DNA of 20,000 bases from an uncultured virus (IMG/VR IMGVR_UViG_3300010148_000009) (IMGVR_UViG_3300010148_000009), one strand, 5' to 3'; shown: positions 1 to 9,331, counted from the first letter of the stretch. Made by a program: numbers and translations. The notes: generated by a model not told the origin, from the letters alone.

Positions 1-1674
1 AACTTCAATTAGCGCGCATTGACCTTTCGTATATTCAATCATATCGTATAAATGCTCTACCAAGTCTATCATCTTTGCGCCATCACTTTGGCCTTGCTCT
101 TCTTCTGCAAAATTAGAAAATTTTAAATTTTTAATGGGTATCTTCTTTCTTCTTTGCTCTTGATATGAATCATTCATAGCTCTTGATCCAAACCATATTC
201 TTTTATGATCAAAATTAGCTTGTAAAAGCTCGTTGGCTCTTCGTATCCAATTAGATGTAGGCTTTCTTAAACAACAAGGTATTCCATCCTCTTCAAATTC
301 TCTTTTGGCTAATCTTAAAGATTTTTTATAGTTTTCTAAATCATCAAACTCAGTCTCTATTACATTAACTTTTATATCTGAAGATTTAAATAAAGAACTT
401 TCCTTTACAGCATTAATAAATTGTACTCCACCATTATAGTCACCAACAATAGCAACAATATTAAAATTAGTTAATAAATAATGAAAATAATTAATATGAT
501 TTTTTAAACTTTCTCCAGCCATAGCATAAACATGAACTAAAGTGCCGTTTCCGTTTTCTTTATCTAGTTTAAATACTTGCATTGCAAAATCGTCAGAGCT
601 TTCGCTTTCCGCCCAGCTAGGGTCAAATGACAATAAATAATCTTCGCCAGCTTCACCTTTAGTTTCTATAGATGGGTTACTTCCGTCCTCAATTGAACAT
701 TGTTGCATTTTAGATATCTTAAAATATCCTGAGCTATCGTCTGTGAAAACTGCACCAAACTCCCTGTCATACTGGCTTTGACTCATTGTTGACTTAGCTT
801 GCTCTATCAAATTTTCATCAAAAAGTTGCTTGGGAGCGCAATCATAAGAAAACTGCATGATCGACCTTGTTGCACTATTATTGCCTTGATCTTGTTGTAA
901 AATTAAGTTTTCAAAATTTTCATAAAGCTTATATAGATATTCAAACTTATAGCTTGCAGAGGATAACATTATCAATTTATTGTTGGGCCAAACGTATCTT
1001 TCTTCTTCTTTCATTTCGCCTTTTTCAATAAGTTGAGTTTCTAAATTATATAAATCTTCTCTTTCTTTTGGATTAGGTACTACAGACAAGAATGGCACAA
1101 TAACCTCATTGTATATTCTTTCAGGCATCAATAACATCTCGTCAATAATAATTCTATGAAATCTAAAACCACGGAGCTTAGATCCATCACCAAGAGGTAA
1201 AGCTCTTATTGAGCTATTACCTATTTCCATAACCCATTCGTCATTAGCTTTAGAAGTTCTTGTTATACATTGAGATAAATATTGAGCTTCAGGTTTAGAT
1301 GCTATATCTTCAATCTTTTTGAAAATCATTTTAGCCTGACGAAAAGATTTTGATAAAATACCAATATCAACACCTTGATTCATTATGGCATCCATAAATG
1401 CAAAAATACCAGTAGTCCATGACTTTGACATACCACGAGACCATACCCCTAAAAAATAATCACTTTCGAACATAGCTTTTACAGCCATGTGTTGGAAAGG
1501 AAATAAATCGACTCCAGCTAATAAGTTAGTGCTGAATGTAATGTTTTCCCTGAGAAACTCATACAATAAAAGTTTTGCGTCTCTCTCTTCTATAAAACCA
1601 TCCATTTGAGATATAATTTCATTTATATCTCTTTCCTTAGGTCTTCTGTTTTGTGTTCCCTTTTCCCAACTCAT
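1..1674 (-). CDS. terL: Terminase large subunit (3' end runs off the window)
   Basis: Hand translation from ATG 1674 (MSWEKGTQNRRPK...); the frame is still open at position 1. Contains LFPFQ (adenine-binding), Walker A-like WSRGMSKS, LRGFRFHRIIIDE (Walker B), LIMLSSAS (motif III) and an RNase H-like nuclease motif LLSFDPSWAESESSDDF. Absent from the ORF track because it has no stop in the window. Confidence 0.9.
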   Translation of the reverse strand, partial: MSWEKGTQNRRPKERDINEIISQMDGFIEERDAKLLLYEFLRENITFSTNLLAGVDLFPFQHMAVKAMFESDYFLGVWSRGMSKSWTTGIFAFMDAIMNQGVDIGILSKSFRQAKMIFKKIEDIASKPEAQYLSQCITRTSKANDEWVMEIGNSSIRALPLGDGSKLRGFRFHRIIIDEMLLMPERIYNEVIVPFLSVVPNPKEREDLYNLETQLIEKGEMKEEERYVWPNNKLIMLSSASYKFEYLYKLYENFENLILQQDQGNNSATRSIMQFSYDCAPKQLFDENLIEQAKSTMSQSQYDREFGAVFTDDSSGYFKISKMQQCSIEDGSNPSIETKGEAGEDYLLSFDPSWAESESSDDFAMQVFKLDKENGNGTLVHVYAMAGESLKNHINYFHYLLTNFNIVAIVGDYNGGVQFINAVKESSLFKSSDIKVNVIETEFDDLENYKKSLRLAKREFEEDGIPCCLRKPTSNWIRRANELLQANFDHKRIWFGSRAMNDSYQEQRRKKIPIKNLKFSNFAEEEQGQSDGAKMIDLVEHLYDMIEYTKGQCALIEV

Positions 1675-2600
1675 ATCTTTAATATCCTTTTGTCAATATA
1701 GTATTGAACGTCTGAGTGCCACATTTCTTCCCCAGCTTCTAAAAGTTTAGGGATTAAATTTTGAGATCTGTTTCTACCGCCAGAAAAAATAAACTGACAA
1801 TTTCTAGCAAACTCATGAGATAAAATTCTCATTTGATGCCAGACGAACTTTAGGTTTGACTTGTGAGCTCCAAAACTATTATTATTAATAATCTTATCTA
1901 TCGAACTTTCTGTTACAATATACATAAATGAGTCGAAATTTTTCGCTCTTTCTAATTCTTTTCTGAATCTCTCGAATCCAACCGTCATGGTAGACTTAAA
2001 GTCGGTTTCACTTTTTCTGTCTACATAAGTTTTATTGTAGTAATCTCCTGATGCGGTGTAATCTCCAAAATCTAATTTATGAGATTTGCTATTAGAAAAC
2101 TTTAATGGAGTTTGCTCTCTAGTATCTATCAGTATTTCCATATCATTTAAATTTTTACTGTCTTTTAAAAATTTACCTTTTATACTTTTATTTAATAGTG
2201 GCTCAACCTGAAGCCTTCGGCAGGCTTCATTGTATGACCCGAAATATGTTTTATATATTTCTATATTTGGTAAGTCAAGCAGCTTTAATTCTAAATGATT
2301 CGGGGCGTATTGTAAATTCTTACTAATTATTCTTTTGCCTAATATATCAAGTAGTATTTGTTGTACATGCTCTTGGTCAGCTGTCGCTGCCCATTTTTCC
2401 ATTTCAACATTATTAGAAAAATAAGTAGAAAAATATTGATCCTTGTTCTTAAAAGGAATTAATTCATTAGTATATAAATTATATCTAGGATAATATGTTA
2501 TATAATATTCTGACAATAAAACACCATGAGCCTTAATATGAGCATGTAAGGATCTCTCGGACTTAAACTCCGCATCACATATTTTACACTTTACACTCAA
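1671..2600 (-). CDS. C2H2 zinc-finger + ERCC4/XPF-like nuclease domain protein
   Basis: N-terminal CKICDAEFKSERSLHAHIKAH (C2H2); C-terminal ILIDTREQ...LDFGDY...VDRKSETDF matches the ERCC4 pattern (DxRE, GDY, ERK-like). Confidence 0.75.
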   Translation of the reverse strand: MSVKCKICDAEFKSERSLHAHIKAHGVLLSEYYITYYPRYNLYTNELIPFKNKDQYFSTYFSNNVEMEKWAATADQEHVQQILLDILGKRIISKNLQYAPNHLELKLLDLPNIEIYKTYFGSYNEACRRLQVEPLLNKSIKGKFLKDSKNLNDMEILIDTREQTPLKFSNSKSHKLDFGDYTASGDYYNKTYVDRKSETDFKSTMTVGFERFRKELERAKNFDSFMYIVTESSIDKIINNNSFGAHKSNLKFVWHQMRILSHEFARNCQFIFSGGRNRSQNLIPKLLEAGEEMWHSDVQYYIDKRILKI

Positions 2601-3265
2601 CGCCTAATCCATATTGATTGTTTTGAATCTAATAAACAAATAAATCCATCACTCTCCAATTGCCTCTTGGCAAGAAGAGTTTGTGAGCCGCCAGGATAAT
2701 CGTTTCCTTCTAGAAGTACGATTGCAGAGCGACTGAGGCGACTCTTAAAGGTTTCGTACTCTGTTAGTACTTTTACCCTACATGGATCAATAATGTCCTT
2801 GTAGAGCTTATTTAATTCAGATTCACTCATTCCGTTTAATATATTCCTAGCTTCTAAGAAATTTAAACTATCACTCATATGTTCTGTTAATTCATGTATA
2901 GGATAGCATATATCATTTAATATTAATAAGTCTATATACTTTGTACCATATTCATCATAATTAATTATGTTTTTTAATCTTATTTTGTTGGGGTTATAAT
3001 CTGAATATATTATTCTTTCTATTTGAGCTACCCTTTTTAAATTTGTATCATCATGATAAATATCGTAAGTACTATTAGGTATATCCATACATAATTTAGC
3101 AAAAATATCTACCAAATCAAAACTAGCGTATTGGTTTTCTCTAGATTGACACCCGACTTGAAAAATAGATTCACCCCGAAGACTCTGAAATAAATTAAAG
3201 GTCAACTGTAAGGTATAATACCTTTGACCCAAACTACTTTCGTATTTAGATAAATTACACGACAT
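2597..3265 (-). CDS. Hypothetical protein, possibly degenerate class I SAM-methyltransferase fold
   Basis: Likely start MSCNL at 3265, which avoids a long overlap. IFQVG, IDLLILND and AIVLLEGNDYPGG resemble Rossmann methyltransferase strands, but there is no intact GxGxG. Confidence 0.4.
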   Translation of the reverse strand: MSCNLSKYESSLGQRYYTLQLTFNLFQSLRGESIFQVGCQSRENQYASFDLVDIFAKLCMDIPNSTYDIYHDDTNLKRVAQIERIIYSDYNPNKIRLKNIINYDEYGTKYIDLLILNDICYPIHELTEHMSDSLNFLEARNILNGMSESELNKLYKDIIDPCRVKVLTEYETFKSRLSRSAIVLLEGNDYPGGSQTLLAKRQLESDGFICLLDSKQSIWIRR

Positions 3266-4304
3266 CGTCTTTAGAGATCCCCAAAACTCTTGCCTTCCAG
3301 ACATCCATGTTTTCTAGCCTGTCAGCTTCTTCCGTTATTAATAATTTTTGTTTTTCTGCCATTTCAACCATACGCTTTCTATCAGTTTCGTTTTGAAAGA
3401 GTTTTACTAAAGATAGTATAGATGCATTATTTCTATGTTGATTTTTAATACGTTCTTTTCTATCTCCATTTAAACGCGAAATTAAAGCTTCCTGACGTTT
3501 TTCACATTGATTGTATTCTTCACTTTTTGTTTTAAGTAGTTCTGCAAGCCTAACAGTCATATCTTGTTGATCTTCACACTCTTCGAACATTCTATTTAAT
3601 TTGTCAATAGCTTTACTAATATTCTTTAAATGAATATAATCCATACAAACATTAATGTATAAATTTAATTCATCACTTGTTAAGTCTGGTTTATTCCATG
3701 TAGATCTTATATATTCAGCTTCAAACAATTCTCTATCATCTAAACTATTATAAGTATTAATAGCTTGTACGAATCTAGGTGCAGATAAAAATTTTATTGT
3801 GCTTTCTATGTTATCTATGTCTTGTCTTGATAATTCTTTTTCATTTAATTCTTCTTGACAGTAATTATTAATTTTTTTAATTGCTCTAGATGCTGACCTT
3901 GGAGGGAAGTATTTAGCATTCATTGCATTCTCATCTGGATGCAATAATCTTTCATCGATGTTTTCTATAAATTTAGCAACTTCTATTACTTCTTTACTTA
4001 AATTTGTTACATTTATGTCAGGAAAGAGAATTTTTGATATTTCATAAGCAGACATGTCTTCTTTAGCATATTGAATAATAAACTGTTGTTGCTCTTCAGT
4101 AAATTCAATTTCTTCTCTTTTTTCTTTTTTTGTTGTGCTATATTGTAAATCATTAGAAACTAAGTACTGCCTTACAGCTCTACCCTCTTTAGTTCTGCCG
4201 TCAAGAGAATCGTCATCAAATGTTCTCCTTGTTAGCTCAATCAAATCAGAAATAATATTATAGTTATTTCTAATAAATTCTTTTTGTTCTTCAGTTAAGT
4301 TCAT
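3255..4304 (-). CDS. Hypothetical 349-aa protein with duplicated N-terminal HTH-like unit and coiled-coil C-terminus (terminase small subunit candidate)
   Basis: LTEEQKEFI and FTEEQQQFI repeats, helical C-terminus, same operon upstream of terL. Function inferred from position only. Confidence 0.5.
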   Translation of the reverse strand: MNLTEEQKEFIRNNYNIISDLIELTRRTFDDDSLDGRTKEGRAVRQYLVSNDLQYSTTKKEKREEIEFTEEQQQFIIQYAKEDMSAYEISKILFPDINVTNLSKEVIEVAKFIENIDERLLHPDENAMNAKYFPPRSASRAIKKINNYCQEELNEKELSRQDIDNIESTIKFLSAPRFVQAINTYNSLDDRELFEAEYIRSTWNKPDLTSDELNLYINVCMDYIHLKNISKAIDKLNRMFEECEDQQDMTVRLAELLKTKSEEYNQCEKRQEALISRLNGDRKERIKNQHRNNASILSLVKLFQNETDRKRMVEMAEKQKLLITEEADRLENMDVWKARVLGISKDDVV

Positions 4305-5020
4305 ATTACATCATTATCTCTAATTAATTTTTTAGCCAACTCTTTAAACATCTTCTCAAAATTTTTAATTTGTTTGTAACCCGCTTTCCTTCCCTTTTCA
4401 TTACTTTTATAACCAAGCTTTTCTGCAGCTTTATTAATGTCTAAATTTTTTATATAAATCATTTCGTATATGATATAATGTTTTTCACTTAAATTTTCTC
4501 TCATTAAAATATTAAGTTTTTGATTAGCTTTATCAATGTCAAATTGTTTTTCTTGTTTAATAAAATTAGAACTGTCATCTATATTGACGGCCATATTTAT
4601 ATTAAATGAAGATTTCTTAGTTTTCTCCCATTTAGCATAAAGCGGACAAGTACAGTCTTGCTTGCCACTTTTAGTCCAAGAACAATAGTTTTCATCGTTA
4701 ATGTTATCAATCGCGCCAGAAACATTAAAAGGACACTGATTGCACGGCCTAATAAAATTACTATAGTAATTTCTTAGAATGTTTTTGATTTGATTGGATA
4801 TTATTCTGTTGAGCCAAGGTTCAAGCGGTCTTTTTTGATCCCATAAATGCCACTTGTTATATATATGAGTTTTTATTATTTGTGAGACATCATCCCAGGA
4901 AATCCATGATATCGCTTTTAAAAACCACTTACCTCTTCTTTTCTCTACTTGCTCATCTATAACATCATATCTATCTTCAAATCTTATTTTTCTAGGCCTA
5001 CCTCTTTTCCGCTTCTCCAT
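4301..5020 (-). CDS. Phage sigma-70/ECF-like RNA polymerase sigma factor
   Basis: Probable start MEKRKRGRPRK (5020). Region-2-like WDDVSQII...WDQKRPLEPWLNRIISNQIKNILR and region-4-like LSEKHYIIYEMIYIKNLDINKAAEKLGY, with a Cys-rich insert between them. Confidence 0.65.
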   Translation of the reverse strand: MEKRKRGRPRKIRFEDRYDVIDEQVEKRRGKWFLKAISWISWDDVSQIIKTHIYNKWHLWDQKRPLEPWLNRIISNQIKNILRNYYSNFIRPCNQCPFNVSGAIDNINDENYCSWTKSGKQDCTCPLYAKWEKTKKSSFNINMAVNIDDSSNFIKQEKQFDIDKANQKLNILMRENLSEKHYIIYEMIYIKNLDINKAAEKLGYKSNEKGRKAGYKQIKNFEKMFKELAKKLIRDNDVI

Positions 5021-5294
5021 CGTCTTCAAGATCGAATAGCTCTTCCACCTTGAACGACTTCTTTTCAAATGGAGAAACTTCATATTGCAAACTTGCAATG
5101 TTGGGTACATAGTCAATATCGCTCTCATCCTCAGCAAGAACCTCTTGCCTTTTTGTTTGAGCTATTGAATTTTTAACTACTCGCTTTGCAACCACGGCTG
5201 AACCCATAGGCTTTCCGCAGTTACTACAAAATTTAGGAACAGAACCGATGTACTCGTTTTTACTCCCGCAACTTTTACAATATTTTTGTGGCAT
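4998..5294 (-). CDS. Zinc-ribbon protein
   Basis: YCKSCGSKN...PKFCSNCGKPM double CxxC motif and an acidic tail. Confidence 0.7.
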   Translation of the reverse strand: MPQKYCKSCGSKNEYIGSVPKFCSNCGKPMGSAVVAKRVVKNSIAQTKRQEVLAEDESDIDYVPNIASLQYEVSPFEKKSFKVEELFDLEDDGEAEKR

Positions 5295-5521
5295 TATTTT
5301 ATAATAATTAAATTTGTTTTTTCTGAACCATGAGACTCAAACATAATCTCATCTTTTCTCTTTTTTGTATCTACGACATATATGTTTTTAGTATTAATAT
5401 TTAATTCCTTAACTAATGTCTTAACAGCCATATCTCTAGTTTTGTCTTCTTTCTTCTTGTTTATGAAGGCGACAATTATAGCGGATAACGCTCCGATTAG
5501 TGCAGATACTATGATTTCCAT
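5294..5521 (-). CDS. Small protein with N-terminal transmembrane helix
   Basis: MEIIVSALIGALSAIIVAFIN followed by KKKE; stop overlaps the next start. Confidence 0.6.
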   Translation of the reverse strand: MEIIVSALIGALSAIIVAFINKKKEDKTRDMAVKTLVKELNINTKNIYVVDTKKRKDEIMFESHGSEKTNLIIIK

Positions 5522-5586
5522 AATTAAACTATACTTGTATTATACAAAATACACGTATTAATTCAATTAATAAATTTTTTATTTTT

Positions 5587-5781
5587 TTAATTAATTATTT
5601 TTAATTTGCTTTTCTCTATTTTTATCTCGTGTTTATTAAATAAACCCCTAGAGTGTTCGGGCATAATTATTACAAATTCTTTGCCGTGATTTTCAAATCC
5701 TATTTGAGTAAAGATTTTAATTATTCTTCCGCATTTATCTTGATGATCATGCCGAAAACAAATCCTTTCTCCTTCTTGCAT
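5587..5781 (-). CDS. Hypothetical protein
   Basis: 64-aa ORF starting 1 nt after the phoH stop. Confidence 0.55.
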   Translation of the reverse strand: MQEGERICFRHDHQDKCGRIIKIFTQIGFENHGKEFVIIMPEHSRGLFNKHEIKIEKSKLKIIN

Positions 5782-5782
5782 T

Positions 5783-6508
5783 TTATATGTTTTCTAGTTT
5801 TTTAACAATATATTTTAATATCTCACTTCTTTTTATATCTTTGTGATCAAACTCAAAATTATGTATTCCTTGTTTTTGACTAGATTCGTCATTAAATAAA
5901 TCTTTAATTTTATTAAATCCACTTTTACCATTGATATCACTCTGCATAGCGTCACCACAAATAAAAATCTTAGTGTTTTCTCCTATTCTTGTAATAAGAG
6001 TAATTAGTTCTTTTACGCTAAAGTTTTGAGATTCGTCAGCGATTACGATCTGATCGTTAAGGCTAGCTCCTCTAAGATAGTTAATAGGCATCGCTGATAT
6101 AACCCCTTGATCGTCTAACTCTTTCGCGTCGCTAGCAGCCATTAATTCAAACAGTTTGTCGTTTAATGGCATCATAAATGGACAGAACTTCTCATCTATG
6201 TTTCCAGGAAGCGCACCCATTCCACGGTCAGCGCTTTCTATAATTGTTCTTACATAACTAATGTTATAGTTATTATTCATATTAAATAATTGAATTGCGG
6301 CATAGATAGCCATAAAAGTCTTACTAGTCCCAGCAGGACCGCTTATAAATACTATCTTAGTGCCCCTATCAAACATTATCTTTAACAACTCTTGCTGTTT
6401 CTCAGAAAAATCTAACTTTTTAAGTTTTATTTTAGTTTTATTAAGAGAAGTCATTGCCTTCTCTATTTCCTGAGCATCATTGATGTCGGCTTTTTTGCGT
6501 CTAGGCAT
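5783..6508 (-). CDS. phoH: PhoH-family ATPase
   Basis: GPAGTSKT Walker A, GALPG..DEK..PF, YLRGASL, IADESQN, TRIGENTKIFICGDAMQSD and DIKRS are all PhoH signatures. Confidence 0.95.
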   Translation of the reverse strand: MPRRKKADINDAQEIEKAMTSLNKTKIKLKKLDFSEKQQELLKIMFDRGTKIVFISGPAGTSKTFMAIYAAIQLFNMNNNYNISYVRTIIESADRGMGALPGNIDEKFCPFMMPLNDKLFELMAASDAKELDDQGVISAMPINYLRGASLNDQIVIADESQNFSVKELITLITRIGENTKIFICGDAMQSDINGKSGFNKIKDLFNDESSQKQGIHNFEFDHKDIKRSEILKYIVKKLENI

Positions 6509-6724
6509 ATGTATATATTATTACAGTTATTTTTACACATGTTCGGATTTTTTTTTAAAAAACGTATAATTCCCAGTAATCACACGGCCAGATTTTGAGA
6601 AAAACCACCCCCGCGCGATCTCGGCAGTAATCTGCCGTGAAAAAATTCAAAAAAAGGGGGTCATTAGTCTAGCTACTGCAGGCATTAGCTACGCTACAAG
6701 CGTCCTAATTCGAAGTTTTTTTTC

Positions 6725-6759
6725 TTGTGGTTTGGCTGTTTATATGCTAAGTTATACTT
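6725..6759 (+). promoter_or_regulatory. sigma70-type promoter for a leaderless mRNA (representative of about 20 in 6725-18950)
   Basis: TTGTGG-17-TAAGTT-atactt-ATG. The same geometry occurs before ATGs at 6999, 7936, 8141, 8510, 8913, 9185, 9907, 10691, 11250 (+) and 12595, 13016, 13521, 13873, 14985, 16126, 16399, 17168, 18039, 18913 (-). Confidence 0.75.
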
Positions 6760-6951
6760 ATGAATCACAAAGGAATAGAGATACTCGCCAAGGTCAGATC
6801 TGATCTTGAATGGTGCGAACGCAGGCTTCGGCTTTCAACCGATAGGGTTGAGAAGGAAATTCTCGAAAACCTAATCGAGCAAAACAAGTCTTGGCTTGCT
6901 GAATGGGATTTGCAAGACAAGATCGCAATGAAAAATAATTGCAAGAGGTAA
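6760..6951 (+). CDS. Small helical hypothetical protein
   Basis: ORF with its own leaderless promoter. Confidence 0.7.
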   Translation: MNHKGIEILAKVRSDLEWCERRLRLSTDRVEKEILENLIEQNKSWLAEWDLQDKIAMKNNCKR

Positions 6952-6998
6952 TCTTTTTCCTTGCAATTCCATAAAAAAAAGTTTATAGTTATATCATA

Positions 6999-7214
6999 AT
7001 GAAAATTGAAAAAGGATTAAAAGTCGGAGGAATTTATCACTCCTCGCAAAACAATAAAGCCGTGAGACTCGTCTCACTTGATCGCATCAAGGGCGGTCTT
7101 CGGGTTGCTACTATCAAGCACCACGGGCAAGATCACTTGTTCCAATCGGAAGTTTACCTTTCCGATCTTAGCAAGGCAACTGCCGAGCAAGTCGCTTCTT
7201 ACTTCAGCCGTTAA
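6999..7214 (+). CDS. Hypothetical protein
   Basis: TTGCAA-17-TATAGT promoter 9 nt upstream of the ATG. Confidence 0.7.
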   Translation: MKIEKGLKVGGIYHSSQNNKAVRLVSLDRIKGGLRVATIKHHGQDHLFQSEVYLSDLSKATAEQVASYFSR

Positions 7215-7235
7215 CCTAAAACAAAAGGAAATAAT

Positions 7236-7391
7236 ATGTTCATCCTAAAATCCATTCTCAACCAAGCGGGAGCCGTTTGGCAAGTCGAATCCATTGCAAT
7301 GCGTAAGCGTGACGCCGAAAGGCTCTTGCGTTCCCGCCTTGCTAATAACGACGGCTCTCGTCGTTACGGGCTTTTTTCCGCTAACCGCTAA
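7236..7391 (+). CDS. Hypothetical 51-aa protein (MFILKSILNQAGAVWQVES...)
   Basis: Hand-translated; AAGGA Shine-Dalgarno upstream; fills the gap between neighbours. Confidence 0.6.
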   Translation: MFILKSILNQAGAVWQVESIAMRKRDAERLLRSRLANNDGSRRYGLFSANR

Positions 7392-7403
7392 CACTTTAAA
7401 AAT

Positions 7404-7709
7404 ATGAGAAAAGTTACAGAACAAATCAAGCAAGCTTTCGAGCAAGGCACATCTAAGAAAGTCGGCAACACCGAGACAGACGGGCAAACCGTTTGGCTTC
7501 ACGGGAACGCCATTGTCAAGCGTGATCTTGATGGGCTAGTCCGTTGGAGTTTGGCGGGTTGGAATACTCCAACGACACGCGAACGCGTCAACGGCATTGC
7601 CAACGCGGGCGTTCACCAAGTCAACTTCGAGCCTGTCCTAAACGGTCAAGTGATTGACTCATTCGATTGGTTCGCCTCCGATAGAGTTGCACAATTCAAC
7701 TCTATATGA
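7404..7709 (+). CDS. Phage hypothetical protein (LHGNAI...GWNTPTTRERVN motif)
   Basis: The motif pattern resembles small conserved phage early proteins (from memory, not searched). Confidence 0.75.
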   Translation: MRKVTEQIKQAFEQGTSKKVGNTETDGQTVWLHGNAIVKRDLDGLVRWSLAGWNTPTTRERVNGIANAGVHQVNFEPVLNGQVIDSFDWFASDRVAQFNSI

Positions 7710-7756
7710 TTGTCTTAATCGTCTTAAGTGTTGCACTATACTATCATACACTATGA
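7706..7756 (+). CDS. 16-aa hydrophobic micropeptide MIVLIVLSVALYYHTL
   Basis: ATGA overlap with the upstream stop; its own stop lies 2 nt before repeat R1; similar to micro-ORFs at 9331 and 11953. Confidence 0.45.
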   Translation: MIVLIVLSVALYYHTL

Positions 7757-7758
7757 CG

Positions 7759-7829
7759 TAAGTCACTGATAGTCAGGCACTTAGGCGGCGGGCGGCCCGC
7801 GACGTAAGTCTTTGGTAACCAACGACTTA
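7759..7829. repeat. Paired-palindrome element R1
   Basis: TAAGTcaCTGAtagTCAGgcACTTA - 21 bp GC spacer - TAAGTctTTGGtaaCCAAcgACTTA. Confidence 0.95.
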
Positions 7830-7935
7830 CGAAACGCATGTACATATACCATGCCAATCTATGCAGTAGGATTGTGCAAAAAGATAGTTGAAAGTTTTCC
7901 TTGACTTTTCGGGTTTTCTCTGCTATGTTATAGGT

Positions 7936-8109
7936 ATGATTAAGAATAAAGATGTAGTAGTAGACCGACAAGGTCGAATTTTTCAAGTTGTCGATGCAGA
8001 CTTTCGGACTGACCGACTAGGTAAGCAAATCCTTTGCCGTTTGTATCGCTCGCAAAAGCGAGTTGCATTCATGCCTTGGCAAGTCAAGAAACATCCTTTT
8101 TTCTCTTGA
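7936..8109 (+). CDS. Hypothetical protein (MIKNKDVVVDRQG...)
   Basis: Start reassigned to ATG 7936, 6 nt after TTGACT-17-TATGTT. Confidence 0.7.
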   Translation: MIKNKDVVVDRQGRIFQVVDADFRTDRLGKQILCRLYRSQKRVAFMPWQVKKHPFFS

Positions 8110-8140
8110 CTTTTCCTAAAAAATCCTTTACTTTATACTT

Positions 8141-8404
8141 ATGTTAAATCAATCAAATAAAAATGTTCCTACTCGTAGGGTTCGCTTTTACTCTTTCAAG
8201 GCTCAAGTCACTCGCGTACTGAAGGACGATTCCTCGCAAGTAGATGTCTACAATATGCAAGGCACTTCTGATGTACACCCTTTAGAGCTAGAGGTATCCG
8301 AAAGGATTGCCTTGTTAGGCTACGAGGATTATTCTCCTTGGAAGGTCACCGACTTCAAACTTACCCATGTATGGGAAGACTCAACCGAGCAATTCGTTTA
8401 CTAA
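8141..8404 (+). CDS. Hypothetical protein
   Basis: TTGACT-17-TACTTT-atactt-ATG. Confidence 0.7.
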   Translation: MLNQSNKNVPTRRVRFYSFKAQVTRVLKDDSSQVDVYNMQGTSDVHPLELEVSERIALLGYEDYSPWKVTDFKLTHVWEDSTEQFVY

Positions 8405-8478
8405 TGTTAACCGAACGAGAAAAAATCCTTTGCAAGTTTGTCATCGCTAAGATGAAAAAAACTAAAAAAACTTCTTGA
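8404..8478 (+). CDS. 24-aa micro-ORF MLTEREKILCKFVIAKMKKTKKTS
   Basis: TAATG translational coupling to the upstream gene. Confidence 0.35.
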   Translation: MLTEREKILCKFVIAKMKKTKKTS

Positions 8479-8509
8479 CTTTTACCGAAAACTTTGCTAC
8501 ATTATACTT

Positions 8510-8695
8510 ATGAATAAATCAGAAATGCTTAGAGAAATCTCCATCCTCCACGAAACGCTTAAGGACTGCGTCCTTACCATCGCCGACAAGGTTGCGATTC
8601 GCAACGAGATCGGCGACCTGCAGGACAGGGTCGCTCTCCTGGACTTCCAAGAGTCTGAGGACATCGACTTCGGTCACCACTCCGAGTGGGAGTGA
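8510..8695 (+). CDS. Small acidic helical-hairpin protein
   Basis: TTGACT-17-TACATT-atactt-ATG; stop 2 nt before R2. Confidence 0.7.
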   Translation: MNKSEMLREISILHETLKDCVLTIADKVAIRNEIGDLQDRVALLDFQESEDIDFGHHSEWE

Positions 8696-8697
8696 CC

Positions 8698-8768
8698 TAA
8701 GTTCTTGATAGTCAGGCACTTAGGGCGGCGGCGGCCCGCGACGCAAGTGCTTGATAATCAACGACTTA
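8698..8768. repeat. Paired-palindrome element R2
   Basis: TAAGTtcTTGAtagTCAGgcACTTA - 21 bp GC - CAAGTgcTTGAtaaTCAAcgACTTA. Confidence 0.95.
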
Positions 8769-8780
8769 CGAAAGGCTCGC

Positions 8781-8809
8781 ATTATAACATATAAGCCAAG
8801 AAATGTCAA
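8781..8809 (-). promoter_or_regulatory. Consensus antisense sigma70 promoter pointing into R2
   Basis: Reverse strand TTGACA-17-TATAAT with extended -10 TG. Confidence 0.75.
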
Positions 8810-8912
8810 GAAAAAAAACGCAGATTCGCAAACTTTTTTTCAGTCGTTTTGTGCAATAAAATAGTTGAAAGTTTTTCTTGCAATTTTGCATTTCATGTGT
8901 TACTTTATAGGT

Positions 8913-9140
8913 ATGAATCAGTTAAAAGAAATTAAAAAAGAATTGAACCGAGATCTCGATCTTGGTCTTGCTCTATCCAAAGCCGAGGGAAACCTCAACT
9001 TTCTCGCAGGAGAATCTTCCAAGCAAGATTGGCAATCTTCGATTACTCAAGGTATGGCAATCCTTGACGCTCTCGAAGCCGTCCAAGTTGCTCGCAAGGC
9101 TTGGCAAGAAATCATCCGAGAAAAAAGAGCCGAAAGGTAA
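8913..9140 (+). CDS. Hypothetical helical protein (MNQLKEIKKEL...)
   Basis: Start reassigned to ATG 8913 after TTGCAA-17-TACTTT. Confidence 0.7.
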   Translation: MNQLKEIKKELNRDLDLGLALSKAEGNLNFLAGESSKQDWQSSITQGMAILDALEAVQVARKAWQEIIREKRAER

Positions 9141-9184
9141 TCTTTTCCCTTGCAATTTAACAAAAATTAGTTTAGATTTATAAT

Positions 9185-9331
9185 ATGAAAACAAAAGAAC
9201 AACTACAAAATGATCTTGCTTGGTGGCAAGACAAACTTAACCGATCACGCAAGGAATCGACTCGCTCGATTCGTGCCGTTCATGTGCAATACTTGCAGAG
9301 TGAAATTAAAAAGCTAGAGGATAAATCCTAA
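9185..9331 (+). CDS. 48-aa helical protein (MKTKEQLQNDLAWWQDKLNRS...)
   Basis: Hand-translated; TTGCAA-17-TAGATT-tataat-ATG; resembles the 6760 ORF (DL.W...L..S). Confidence 0.65.
   Translation: MKTKEQLQNDLAWWQDKLNRSRKESTRSIRAVHVQYLQSEIKKLEDKS

Noticed and set aside
5550..6538. GTGTA motif 26-29 nt upstream of two core genes as a late promoter
   Set aside because: Only two instances of a 5-mer in AT-rich DNA; not supportable from this window.
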